The position numbers and the translations under genes are program-made. A stretch of DNA of 64,000 bases, from assembly GCA_000165425.1 (NCBI GenBank), contig CT868507.1:310001-374000 (forward strand), written 5' to 3'. How positions within the stretch are numbered: position 1 is the stretch's first letter; each line of letters starts with the position of its first letter. This DNA comes from Paramecium tetraurelia (lineage: Eukaryota). Positions 1-12,818 of the stretch are shown here, one piece after another. Below the pieces are notes generated by a model, which worked only from the letters and a program-made list of their open reading frames with translations, ran no database searches and had not been told where the DNA came from.

Positions 1-32
1 TGTTTTATAAAATATTAATTAAATTAGATCTA

Positions 33-1988
33 TCATATCTACTTCAGCCAAAGTAAATCTTTTATTTTTCCCTTATGTGTTGAACTTAATCTCTTATTTA
101 TGGTGGACATGAACCACAGTCATCAAGTCCGAAATGATACTTCTACACTTCACAATCAGTAAAGTAGGTAAGCAGTAAGGCATCTGCACTTTGTCCAAAC
201 ATATCCATAAATAGAGTGGCTATTGACAATGTAATAAATGCAATAATTGCAAAAGTATACAATTGAAGTGTAAAGTCAGTCTACTCCTTAACATAAATGA
301 ATGTTCCGATAGTTGTTATTAGAAATATAAACATTTTGCTAAAGTGAGTGAATTGTTCCCCCAATCCTGAAAGAGTTTCAAAATCTTAATGGTTTCTTTT
401 AATTACGAAATGAACGGCTTTGCTTGATTCAAAGTAATCTGCTGAGGTCATCACAATGTACACAAAAGCATAGTTGTTAATGTACATTATGAAATTCTCA
501 CAAACACAGCACAAACACAAAGAAATAGATGCAAAACAATTCAAAATAATATTATGTCTCTTCAATCTGCATCGATTAAGTGAATCCTATCATGTAAATT
601 AAACTCTTACATAGATTAGATTGAATGCTTTTGATATCCCACTAAAAAAGAAACTGTAAATTGCTTCAGCAGTGATACTGCCATTATGGTATTGCACAGC
701 TAATTTGAAACTATCCCATAAAAACCCGTTGTTGGAAGATGCATGAAAGTACCAAAGTGTGGCTGTTGAAGCATTTAGGAATCTGGCCAAGGATAGGATA
801 TATTGCATTAACCAAATTAAGGCTAGTACAGTAATCATCAATTTAATTAAAGTATCAAATTTGAGTTGAATTTTTTCAAATGGATAAATTTATGAATCTA
901 AAGAGTAATCCATTTATTGTTCAGAAAGTACTGCCAAAGCACTTGCTATCCATATCAATAGAGTAGACATCACTAAGAAAAAGAACACTATAGGCACAAT
1001 GATGATTGTTTTGTTTTAATACAAGAATGTTGTTGCCAATTTAACAAGAGATATCATGAACTTCATCTTCTTTAGATTCCAACATAATGTAAATATTGCA
1101 TATACACATAGTACTGCAAATGTGATTGATGCTGCCAACATATATGGACTCCATGCATATGTTGATTTGTCGAAATAAGGAAATAAACTAATTAAAATTA
1201 AAAGAATACATACTCTAAAGGGGATCTCATGAAATATAATAGAAAATATGCACTAAGGAAACCAGTTAAAGAGATATAGACTAATATGAATAAATAAACT
1301 ATGAGTGTAGTACACAAACCAATCATAATTGTGAAAAAGAATGCCAACAAAAAGGCAGCCCCTCCACTAATAGCAATAATAGGCAAATTGGCTTAGGTAT
1401 TCACTAAAGCTTACTAAATTTCCCCTACTAAAATTGCTGGTTACACTGTTTTTTTGAAATTTTCATCTCTTGGCAAACAGATGTTACCTGAATACTTATC
1501 AGAATCATAAATCAAGACTCGTTTCTCAGGATCTGATGGACTTGCATTATTGTGGCAGTCCTTGACTACGTTATTTGGAGCACATAACAATTGTTAATCT
1601 TCTTATTTAGGACACTTTTCCACACAAACTGTTCTATAAAGATATTTCTAAAGCCATATATGAAGAACCTCACCTCATCTGGAGTTACGAAATAAATGAA
1701 AGGAAACTTATTCAAATTTCCTTAACCACATTCCCTTCCTTCAGAATCTACAGGGGTGTAAAGTCTCTCGATATGTTGACTACTGTATGTCAAGAAATAA
1801 AAGTATCCCAAAGCTCCAATGGACAGTAAAAACAATAAGCAGCAACATACATTAGTACATGATCTATTTTAGTTTGGACCATTTTTTAAATAAACAGGAG
1901 GAATGTAACTCATATTGGTTTACTAGGAATAGAGTGCTATGACAGTTTCTCCTTATTCCTCTCCAACCTCTGATCTGCGTTGAAACAT
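33..1988 (-). CDS. Choline transporter-like (CTL/SLC44) membrane protein
   Basis: Table-6 translation begins MFQRRSEV..GPNQNRSCTNVCCCLLFL, then PVDSEGRECG, RTVCVEKCP, multiple TM helices and YHNGSI (cf. the CTL motifs RSCTD and YHxGS). At least one short intron. TGA at 33-35. Confidence 0.85.
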
Positions 1989-2114
1989 TAAAAATAATAT
2001 TATCTTAAGAAATGTATAAAAATTAAACACAATAAAATTTATATAAATGCGATATCCAATTTTATTATTCTAATATCATAACTTTATTAATATACAATAA
2101 ATAAGAATTTAAAC

Positions 2115-3861
2115 ATGCAGAGTTTAAATTTAAAGAGTTACAAACACCAATAGATTCGTTAGGTTGGGAGTATGAAAGAAGTTAATTAATTAAAAGAAAT
2201 ACAATTATTTTTATAATTACATTCTAATGAAATTAAGCCAAACTGCTTAAACAAAAGTGTCTAGAATGGATGATTCGTTTTCAACAGATATACATAGCAT
2301 GTGTTATAGCAGAGTCAACATTCTTACAAGTGAAGTTGAGAAGCTAACAGATGTTTTGGGAACTGCTTCTTAGGAAATGGATGTTCTCAAAGAACAGAAT
2401 CACGAATTGTAAAATTAAATATCCGAGATGGAACATTCAAATTAAATTGTATTTTTTGATATCATATTCATTAATAGATTAATTAAGAGTTTGATAATGT
2501 TTGTGAAAGATTAAAATAAAAAAGCATAGAAGCAGAAGAGTATGCCTTCTAGGTTCAAAAGTTAGCTTTACAAAAACAAGTATATTTTTACATTTCATTT
2601 AAGGAACTAACTCAAAATTTGAACAAGGTACTGAATGAATTGGAATAAATAAATCAAGTAATCGACATTAAAGATCAAGAAATTTAATCTGGAAAATAAC
2701 AATTTATTGCAAAAACAGAGGAACTACAGTAAAGTTTATAATAAACTTACCATTTGGATTAGGCCTTGAAGATAGTAAAGGAAGAAAAATTAAAATACAT
2801 TTATGAATATTAATAGTTGTAAAAGTTAGCTGAGGAATAATAATAATAAATAAAAGAACTAAATGAGTATAGAATAGCATATGAAACATTAAAAGTAGAC
2901 TTGAATATCCTCAGAGTCAATTACACAACTTTACTAAATTAAAAATTAGAGGAAAAAAAGGAGTTGGAAGCTCAAATTGATGTGTTAAGAGACATGCATA
3001 CATATACTATTGAAGATGCCTAACTAAAATATGCTGTATAATCAATCTAATTATAATGATAGGATTAAATTAAATAAGAAATACAATCATTCAAATAGCT
3101 TTATGACGAATAATACAAATTCGAAAGGATGACTTATGAATCTGCATTAGATCAAATGAAGAATTAAGTGGGCACTCTTTCAATTCAATTGCAGAATGCT
3201 GAAATTTTGGTTAGCACTCATAAGTAAAACTTGATGAACCAAGCTTAATTGAGCATGTTTGAGAAATCAAATTAGGTGAGTGAATTAAAGGCTTAAAATT
3301 ACGTCTTATAGGATTCTCTTAGGGCAGCCAATAGAGAGTTGAATGAATTGAAATAATAAATGGAGAACGGTAACATAATTAGATTTGATGACGAAGTGAG
3401 GAGATAGATTGAATATAAATTAGATCTATGTTAGCAATTACAATAAGACAAAGAGGAACTACTTAAAGAGAATGAATAACTGAAAAGGGAAAATCAATTG
3501 TTGAAGGATAACAACGAATTGATTTAATAAAAGATATCATAACAATCACCAAATATAAGTTAGTTGCCTTAATCTTTACTTGTAAGTTAAATATCACCAT
3601 CAGGTATGAAATATTAGTTAAGGCTTTTAAGGCATTTCTCCTGGATTTAAGATCAATGAAAGCGAAAAAATAAAGTATTTATTGAAGACTGTTGATCAGT
3701 TACAAAATGCAATAAAAAACCGAGATCAAGAGATTACAAAATTATCATAGATGGCCAGTACTAATGTTGGATTGTCTTCACTTTTAAATAAGCAAAATTC
3801 AGGAGTGCGATATGACAATCTCAATTCAGAAAATATAAATGCCTTTGATAAGTAATTATGA
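2115..3861 (+). CDS. Long coiled-coil protein of unknown function
   Basis: ATG 2115, open in table 6 across several ~25-nt introns, E/Q/K/L heptad-rich, TGA 3859-3861. Confidence 0.7.
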
Positions 3862-3880
3862 ATTATATAATCTATAATTA

Positions 3881-5216
3881 ATGAAAAAAAATAATAAGAA
3901 AAAATCGGATCCGAAAGTCAAAGTAAATCCTTGTTCAAATGATCGTTATTATATGGATTAATCTATTGATGAAGAAGTCTACATTAAAAACAACTATAAA
4001 GTCGTCAGAGAATTGGGTAGAGGAGGTTACGGAGTTGTTTATAAAGCGTAATTAAATAATTCTAACTATGTAGGGTCGGATTGAATCAAGGCCAAATCGA
4101 TAAAAACAAAAAATATGCCATCAAGGTAAATTTTTCTACTGTGTCTCCAGAGCTAATATTTGCTGAAATCGGATTTTTGAAATTAATTTATGGCAAAGAA
4201 AATATGCCCCAATTGGTTAATCTGTTTCTTATTGATCAAAAAATATATATCGTTATTGAGTACTTTACATACAAACCATTCATTGTATCACTCCTACTAT
4301 ATTTTAGACCTTCTTTGCTACTTTTGATATGATGGAAATTAGACGATACTTATATGAATTACTTAAAGCGTTAAATGTGTTGAAATAGAATGGAATTTAC
4401 CATCGTGATGTTAAACCAGGAAACTTTCTCTACAATCCAAAGACAGGCAAAGGAATCCTTATCGATTATGGCCTAAGCGAAATTGATAGATCCTTCGTAG
4501 CTAAATTGATAGAAAAGGAGAAAGAATTGTCAAAGAAGGTATGGATGTTCTATCTACTTTAAGCATCCTCAATCTGACGAAGTTTAGGAAATCAGAAGAA
4601 AAATTAATTTGTATAACGAAATCTAAAAAACTATAGATTAAATTGGAAATAATAAAATTGGCACAGAGAGTTTTATGCCTTTAGAGAGCATATTGCATTA
4701 CCATGTATTTATAGATAAATAACCATTGAAGGACCAGTCATATGAAGTGGATATGTGGGCTGTAGGAGTAATATTCCTACAATTTTTGACTAAAAAGTAC
4801 AATTTATTCAGTAATGTTCGAATGATCAACAAGCCAGTTGTGACTAAAAACTTTTTTTATGTCAATTTTATACTAGAACTGGCTAGCTTGTTTGGTTCAG
4901 AATAAGTTAAATAGATATGTGAACAATTTGGTATTATTTGATCATTATATATCAATTAGAATATGATCTCAAATTGCCTTCAGTTGTTGCAACCAAGCCG
5001 GTGTAATGGAAATCAATAATACACATTGATGGATTTGATAGCGATGCTGAAGATTTGCTCTCAAGATTGCTTAGTTTGAATCCAAAACAGAGAATCAAAG
5101 TTGAAGATGGATTGAAACATCCCTTTTTCAAGCCTTTATTAGAATAAGAAAAACAAACATAAACAAATTTTTAGGATGATTAAGAAATAAAACAATAAAA
5201 ACTTTAAGAAAATTGA
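3881..5216 (+). CDS. CDC7: CDC7-like Ser/Thr kinase
   Basis: LGRGGYGVVYKA, YAIK, HRDVKPGNFLYN..GILIDYGLSE, an insert before GTESFMPLE, DMWAVGVI. The HRDVKPxNFL motif and insert layout are typical of CDC7. Confidence 0.75.
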
Positions 5217-5997
5217 ATTTATATGATATTTTATATACAAAGAGCTTCTCATATCATATAAGATGGAAAGATCTATTTATTAATTATTAAAATACATAAA
5301 AACTAATTATTTATTATTTCTTAAACTTTATGATTCTCTTTATTAATAATAATGGATAATATAGAATATTTATTTATAAAATAGTTGATTAATTAAATAT
5401 TTATATAAATATAATACTTAAATTCAAAATAATCCAATTGATCTTAATTTCGAATGAATGAATTATAAAATACTTGTTTCTAAAATACATGTCATTCTTC
5501 TGTGTTTTGCATATGGCCAATTATTTCATTGATATAAAGGCCATGCTCTCTTTCAGTTATTTGAAGGCTAATATTTAGTCATATGTGTGTATTCGAAATA
5601 GATATGATATAAGATCGATCATATAGAAAGAGTGATTGTTAGACATGTTAAATATTGTATTAATTCAAATTATAGTATTAATTAAGATACTCTGATTTTG
5701 AATCTAATAAAGAGGAGGAATTGTTTGATGTATGCATGAGTTACAGGCAATCCTGAAATCGATATGAGATTGAATTATTGTGATGTTGTTATTCTGTTAT
5801 GTGTGTTTGAGTTTAAATTTATGATTTAATTTGGTGCCTAAATAGGATGATTTTCTGTTGGGATTTGCATGTTTAGATAAATTTGAGAATGAGATTAAAA
5901 ATAACCTAAGGGAAGTAAATATGTGTGATTCCAATTATTTTATTTATAAATATTTGTAATGTTGTGAGTGAGGATTGAAATATAAAATTAAAAATTA

Positions 5998-8258
5998 ATG
6001 ACTGACCAAGAAAAGAGCAGTGATGTTAGACTAATATAGGATGGTTTAAAAAATGTCTAAAAACAGAAGACCGGATTAAAATAGATCAATCTTGATAATC
6101 TGGTGTACAACAAGCGGGAACGTAAGCAAACTGGCGGTCCAGGTTTCAGTTCTTTTTATAGTCTTAGTACTTCAAGCTATCCCACAAATTTAATAGAAAA
6201 AAGTCATTTAGAATAAGCAAAGTTATAAAAAGAAGAATGAACTGTAGACTCCTCCTCGTGAAGAAGTTCAGCAAGTTCAAGAACCAACTTTGATCAAATA
6301 ATAACCAATATCATGCCAATAATTAGTCTTTGAATCTGATAATTCATCAGATTTTGATCCAAAAATAAAAGCCAAGAAGTCCAAAAAGTTTAGAAGAACG
6401 CATAAACGTTTGGATATTGAAGATTCATCAGATGAAGAGTAGTATAAACGAAGACTTATTTTGAAACGAGTAAATAAAATATTCAAGAAATCCTATGAAT
6501 AAAAAATAGATCTTAGCTTCAGGAAGTGAATAAGAAAATCTTGTCAAAGAACTATTCAAAAATGTTTATGTGAAGATCTTCTAAGGTACTATATGCACCT
6601 ATCTAATAGACATTCCCATATCGGTAGCAGAACTTAAATAAATATCAAATCCAGAATACTCAACTGGGTAAGTCAGTGATGGCAAATAGTAAGAAGAAGA
6701 AATGAAACCAGAAGAAGAGTAAATTCGTATTTTAACGGAAGATGGAACAGATTTTGAAACCAAAAGAAATTTGAAATTGTTGGGAATTGAAAATTAGGAA
6801 ATTCTATCTAAACTGGGGGAAGTTAAGTCTTATATCAATTGTGATATTCGATATTTTAATTTAGACTTTTTGGTGGAAAAAGTTGGAGGCTTTGATGGTA
6901 TTCAATAATAATATTCTCTTAAGTTGTTTTAATGGATCCACCTTGGAGAATCAAAGGAGGATAATAAAATGATTCATCTTTTATGTTTACTAATAGCAAA
7001 TTCTCACTTGATTACAATACCATGAGTAATTAAGAGATTATGGACATCAAAATTGAGAAATTGAGTAAGAAAGGATTTTTGTTTCTTTGGATTCTCAATA
7101 CATAACTAAACATAGCATATGAGATGGCTAGTAAATGGGGATATGAGATTGTTGATCAAATTATTTGGGTTAAACTAAATCCTTAAGGAAATAATGTGTA
7201 TCTTTCTACAGGGTACTATTTTATGCACTCTTTCGAAATATGTTTAGTTGGGTATTACATTATTCAATATTAATAGATATAAATGTCCACCAGGGGAACA
7301 TGTGGAATATCATTCTAAAATATCTAACAATATCATTTTCAGTCCAGTAAGAAATAAGTCATAGAAGCCTATTGAAATGTATGAAATCATTGAATTAATG
7401 ATGCCTGGAGCTAAAAAAGTTGAAATCTTTGCTAGAAACAATAATCTAAGACATGGATGGTTTTCAATAGGTAATTAATTGGGAGAAACCTATTAAAAAT
7501 GGCTGGTGTAGATAAGTTGTAATGTCTGTGGCATTGCATTGCAACCAGGAATATGTAGATACAAATCAAAAAAGATAGCCAATTTTGATATTTGTTAAGA
7601 ATGCTATAATAAAAAGATAAGCGAAAAAGAATTTAATGAAAATGAAATATTCTTTTTGGCTAATAAGGCTGAAGAAGAAGTGCTACATTAATATCATCAA
7701 TGTAATAGATGTGATTAGAATCCTATTTGGGGTCCAAGATTTGAATGTATCACTTGTGACAACTATGATTGTTGTGAAGCATGTTTTGATAATCTACTCT
7801 AATCAGGAGATTTATCTCATAAGGATCATGATTTCAAAGTCATTGAATTACCAACATTTGCTGAAGGCATACCATGTCATGATGCAAAATGTAATGGATG
7901 CTTTTAGAAACCTATCTTAGGTGTTTAATTTGTTTGTAAATAGTGTACAAACTTTAGTTTATGTAATATTTAAAATTATGTAGGTTAAAATTGTTTTTTT
8001 ACAAGAACTTAATCTGAATTAAATGGGACAAGACATAAAGCAGATCATCGATTTGAACCAATCTATGAAACTTAGAACTTCTCTAAGAAAACATATAAAT
8101 GTTAAGGATGTGAATTAGAAAAAGCAGGATGTGTTTACAAATGTGAAAATTGTTTTGGATTTTATTTTTGTGAAGAATGCTTTGCCCTTAAGAAAGATGA
8201 TTGGAAATGTTATGTCGCTACAAGTCACAAAAATTATCATACATTTATAAAGATATGA
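5998..8258 (+). CDS. MT-A70 family N6-adenine methyltransferase with 4 C-terminal ZZ-type zinc fingers (AMT2/AMT5-like)
   Basis: YINCDIRYF..FDVVLMDPPW (DPPW at 6935-6946), GFLFLW, WGYEIVDQIIWVK, SQKPIEMYEIIE, KVEIFARNNNLRHGWFSIGNQL, then CxxC..CxxC..CxxC..H..H ZZ repeats. Exon structure around 6460-6690 is ambiguous. Confidence 0.92.
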
Positions 8259-8274
8259 CATTATAAATTATAAA

Positions 8275-10072
8275 TCAAATTTTAATATTTTATTTCCAAA
8301 TTCCTGTCATAGTATTAAGATTTGTATAATAAGTACTAATTAGATTATATAAATATACCCTCTTCCATTTGCTTTTCCTAATTGGAATAAACCATGAAAT
8401 CTTGAATTATCACTAAATGTCCAAATTCCATATCCATGAAATAATCCGTCCTAAAATTCTCCCTAATAGCTAATCCACTTATTCCCAATATTATCAAGAT
8501 TAGTCAGGTCTATCACTCCGTGTTCGACAGTTTCATTATTCAAATGACCAAACCCATTGAAATTGTCATCTTTCCAAAAGCCTAGATTAAAAAATTTACT
8601 TCATACCCATGTATAATTTCTTATCTCCCTTTCTCAGATTACCATAACCTTGTTTCTTATCATTTAATATGGATCCAAAATATGTTGTGTCATCTAAGAG
8701 CTAGACTTTATGATTATTTGATAATTATAAATTTCTGGGAGATTGTTACGAACTATTAGTACTGCTGTTAACAATCACTAGCTTATTACCATTTGGTGAG
8801 GAGCATACTTCATGAAAAGAATTTGTATGTCTTCTAACTGGTTTAGAAAATTAATTCAAATTAATATTCAAAGATTAATTGGTTGATTTGTTATTCTTTT
8901 GATATTTTTCTAGTAGTTATTCCAATTATTATATTTTCAATTGTTGACATTGTAATGTTTTGACATATTCCTCTAATTGTTATCGTTGTTAGTTTATTTA
9001 TTCATTCAGACTCTTAGCATTCTTTTGTTGTTTTTCAAATTCATCTTTTATACTTCTATTTTCTAATTCTAATTCTAGTATTTTTATATGCAATTTTTTG
9101 ATTTAATCATATTACTCTAATAATTTAGATTCCTATATCTCAAGTTTATCTTTCAGAAGATCATTCTAATCAGTTATTTCTTCAATTTTATTTTATAAGT
9201 CTTTTACATTAACATGCAGATCTTCAAAGTGAGGAGAAGTAGCTGATATCCTTGAGATAGGAGAACATAAAGTAAGATTCATTTTGAAATTTAAATGCTC
9301 TAATACTTTCTACATTTATCATAACACATTACTTTTAAGACTTTTTGTTATAAATTAAATTTATTTCTAAACTCATCTTCTTGTTCATCAAAAGTAAAGT
9401 GTTTTTCATTAAATGGTATGTCATTTAAATAATTTTTAACTATGTTTACTAATTCATCTGCCATCTGGTTCGCTTAATCTAATTATTCATAAGAGGAAAT
9501 AGTCTTGCAACAAAAACTATTTTAAAGAGATAATGCATTGAAGTTAAATTGGTTTTCCGTTTCTTGAATTGTATTTGTGTTCTGGTTAGTTGATAATTAC
9601 CTATCTTAGAGGTTGATATGACCATTCAAATTAGGAGAAAGTTACGAACTCTCTCCAATTAAATCCTCTTATACTTTTTCAGGTATTGGGATGGAACGTT
9701 GTCTTCTGTATTTTTATTGTGGAACATTTGCAGTTCTACTTGTTAACCTTACTTTTATACTTATCTGTTGGTTCAGAGAAACGAACCTGTTTGTAGCTAG
9801 TGTAAGACTAATTATCTTCTGGAATGTAATATGATATTACTTCCTCATCAGGGATACAATTCTCGCATCCTGAGTTGGGAGGCGAAGAGAATGACACTGT
9901 TAATTTAGATTCTTTGAAGTATTGTTCTTTCTAATCTGGGCTCTCTGCTTATTAGAACATATATCATACAAACATCTATTGAGACTGTCTTGCGAAATAT
10001 CATTTATGGCGCTTTTAGTGTATTACCTACAAAAAACCTAGTTCCATCACAACACATACCTTATTCTTGCAT
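8275..10072 (-). CDS. Coiled-coil protein with C-terminal MORN repeats
   Basis: YQGEFQDGLFHGYGIW, FHGLFQLGKANGRGTYY and YMGFWKDDNFNGFG MORN repeats, preceded by coiled-coil. Start codon uncertain. Confidence 0.7.
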
Positions 10073-10090
10073 AATAATATAATATAAATT

Positions 10091-10666
10091 ATGCCACCCA
10101 AATTAAATCAAATTCATGTCAGCAACATTTAGAGTCAAGCGAAAAATTAGGAGGTCGAGCAACTTCTTCAAACCATTGGTCCTCTAATGGAATGGACTCC
10201 TAAGTAAAACATAATACTTATATTGAGACGCGAAGGAGAAGTAAAGTTTTCATGCACGGCTGAATATTATGATGAATTTACAGCAAGCATAGCTGTTGAG
10301 ACTTTAAATGGATACAAATTCTAAGGGAGAGAACTAAAAGTCAAATTACATGGCAGTCTAACTTCCTTAAAAATATGTATGATTTCTTTTGTTCTATGTT
10401 TTTTTATTACAGTACCTTATGCTATAGAGAAAGTGAATTATAAAACATCAAGTACTTATAATTTGAGTTTACCCTTGGATGAGTTTTATGGGAATCTGAC
10501 TACGAAATAGAAAGTTGCAATCATTATTGATTTAAAACAAACTTTTTAGAATAGGGAAGAATTGTTGGAGAAACTACTTATGGAGAACTAAAGAATGGCA
10601 GAATTCATCTCGAAAATACACCAAGATGTATAAAAGGGCTTTAAAACAAGTAAATTTACATATTGA
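10091..10666 (+). CDS. Small RRM protein resembling CstF-64/Rna15 (RRM + hinge)
   Basis: IHVSNI..EYYDEFTASIAVETLNGYKFQGRELKVK RRM followed by a helical hinge-like segment (LEKLLMENQRMAEFI). Two short introns. Confidence 0.6.
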
Positions 10667-11028
10667 TATACAAGATTACAATAACGATGAATTTCACCAA
10701 AATTCCTTTTAACATTTTCAAGTAAATTCTATCTTATTCTTAGAATCATCACAGATACCCATGATATATTGAAAACTTTATTTGTTGGATAACATTCATT
10801 TTTTTAATAATACAACAAACCAAAATAGGCAGGAATGATGTGTGTATTAAACATGGGTTTTTAAATACTTTCTTTTTTTTTCCTCAATATTGTATTTTAT
10901 CCATATTCACCTCCATTATTATTTACGAATAATAATTATATCTGACAATAAATCACAAATCAATCCTTAATCAATCCCTTATTTTTATAAATTATGCCTA
11001 TCATTAATATTATAAAAGAAATAATTTG

Positions 11029-12050
11029 ATGTTGAAAAAGAAAGGCTCCGAGCAACTAGACATCATATTTGAAGCTGGCGAAGATCTCTTGAACTTCTCC
11101 AAGAATCAAGTAATCATGATAAAGAACAATTCTATCAAACTTCCAATCATCAAACCCAGAACCTTCTTATCATATAGTTTTGAATTCTGTGGAATCACAG
11201 GTCTCAGTTACAAGATGCTCAGATTCCAATCCCTAGGCAGAGACATCAGAGTATATTTTAAAATTTTATTACAAGCCTGAAACCAACATCATGACTTCAT
11301 GTCTAGTCAAAGTAATTCATACAACTGAGTTCTCATAAATGGCATAAAACCCCTTAAAAACTTCATTCTAAGGGTTGTTTACACAAGGCAGTCATAGTGA
11401 TATTCTGCTCCAAATTAATAAAGAAAGTGTATTTCATTTATTAATATTAAGCCAATACCATTGCACAAATGCATTTTGGCATGTAGATCCCCAAAGTTTA
11501 ATGGGATGTTCTCCTCAAATATGATTGAAAGCAACCAAATTTTAGTTAAGGTTGAACACAACAAACCAGAACTGTTTAGGATAATGTTATAATGGATTTA
11601 TTGCGGGTATTGGAAAGAAGTACTTTAATGTTGTTAATACTTTAGTTCCCAGAAGAGATTGAAGACACCTGTGATTTAATGTTACTAGCTGATGAGTATT
11701 TGATTACTGACTTAAAATAAAAATGTGAAGAAGATATTATTTCAAAATTGGGTAGTAGCAATATATTATAAATATTGCTATTTGTGGAGTAACACTCAAA
11801 TTTAGTATCTCAACTTTTATTGGAAAAAACAAACTCAATGTTTATAGATGACTTTGATAAGATCCATAAGTTAAATCCAAATTTAGAATAAGATATAACA
11901 AGAATGCCTGGCTTGATGACGAAACTCTTTTAAAATTTACATTAGAAAAAAATAAGGAAGGGAAGAAAAGTACACTTTGTGGTTGATGATTTTGAAGAAT
12001 CAGATTCAGATGACTATGTTAGAAATTACACGCAACATTTCTACTAATGA
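11029..12050 (+). CDS. BTB/POZ-domain protein (SPOP-like BTB-BACK)
   Basis: HSDILL..LHKCILACRSPKFNGMFSSNMIES..MLQWIYCG..LLADEYLITDLKQKCEE. Confidence 0.85.
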
Positions 12051-12436
12051 TTATAGCATGATATTAAATTTTATATTACATTTTCATTAGAGGAGACATC
12101 CATTAGTTTTTATTGAGTAACCAAATATTTCTTAAATTTTATTATTTTATTCATAAACTGATTAAATTATATAAAATTTCTAAATCTAATTAAATATCTA
12201 TACATCAAGGGTTTTTAAACTATGAGTAACTCTACTTTTTTATCATTCATTCATTTCATAAGGACAATATATATTTAAATCAATATGATACGTTTTGTAT
12301 TATAATTTGTGTTGCATCAATGTTCTTAAATTGTGATTAGGATTTCTTTTCATCAAAATATCAAGTCATAGTATTTTTATTATAAAGGGCTGCTAATCTT
12401 CTTCATTTTCAAAAGTTTTGGATTATTAATAACAAA

Positions 12437-12517
12437 GTTGATGTGGCCGAGTTGGTCTAAGGCGTTGGATTTAGGCTCCAATCCGCAAGGGCGCGAGTTC
12501 AAATCTCGCTGTCAACA
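12437..12517 (+). tRNA. tRNA-Leu (anticodon UAG, reads CUA)
   Basis: GTTGATG/TGTCAAC acceptor stem, TGGCCGAGTTGG A-box, TTGGA-TTTAGGC-TCCAA anticodon arm, long variable arm, GTTCAAATC T-loop, discriminator A. Confidence 0.95.
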
Positions 12518-12520
12518 TAA

Positions 12521-12526
12521 TTTTTT
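12521..12526 (+). terminator. RNA polymerase III oligo-T terminator
   Basis: T6 run 3 nt downstream of the tRNA 3' end. Confidence 0.6.
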
Positions 12527-12818
12527 ATTTAAAAATTACATTTATTTTTTTAACAAAAATTTGATTAAACTAATTGAATTTCAATATTAAATGTACTTAT
12601 CCATATAAAAGTGTAAAACACATTACATTAATCTGATTTCAAGATTCCATTCTTATTAATTTCTTATAAGTTGTTTCAGTGAATCAATCAAGATTGTTAT
12701 AATGATCACTAATATATAAATACACACAAATTATCGATAAGAAATGATTTATTATTTATTAATAAAGTTTAACATTAAAAGATTACTACATAAAATGATA
12801 ATTAATTTTTATACAAAA

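Noticed and set aside
6455..6690. Possible sixth +1 frameshift in the MT-A70 N-terminal region
   Set aside because: Alternative intron choices (a 40-nt intron from 6470, or a 24-nt plus a 22-nt intron) also restore the frame. It cannot be decided without cDNA.
12437..12517. tRNA with 'TAG' as a possible amber-suppressor or Gln-recoding tRNA
   Set aside because: Anticodon UAG reads CUA (Leu). The long variable arm and A discriminator fit tRNA-Leu; a UAG-decoding tRNA would have anticodon CUA.
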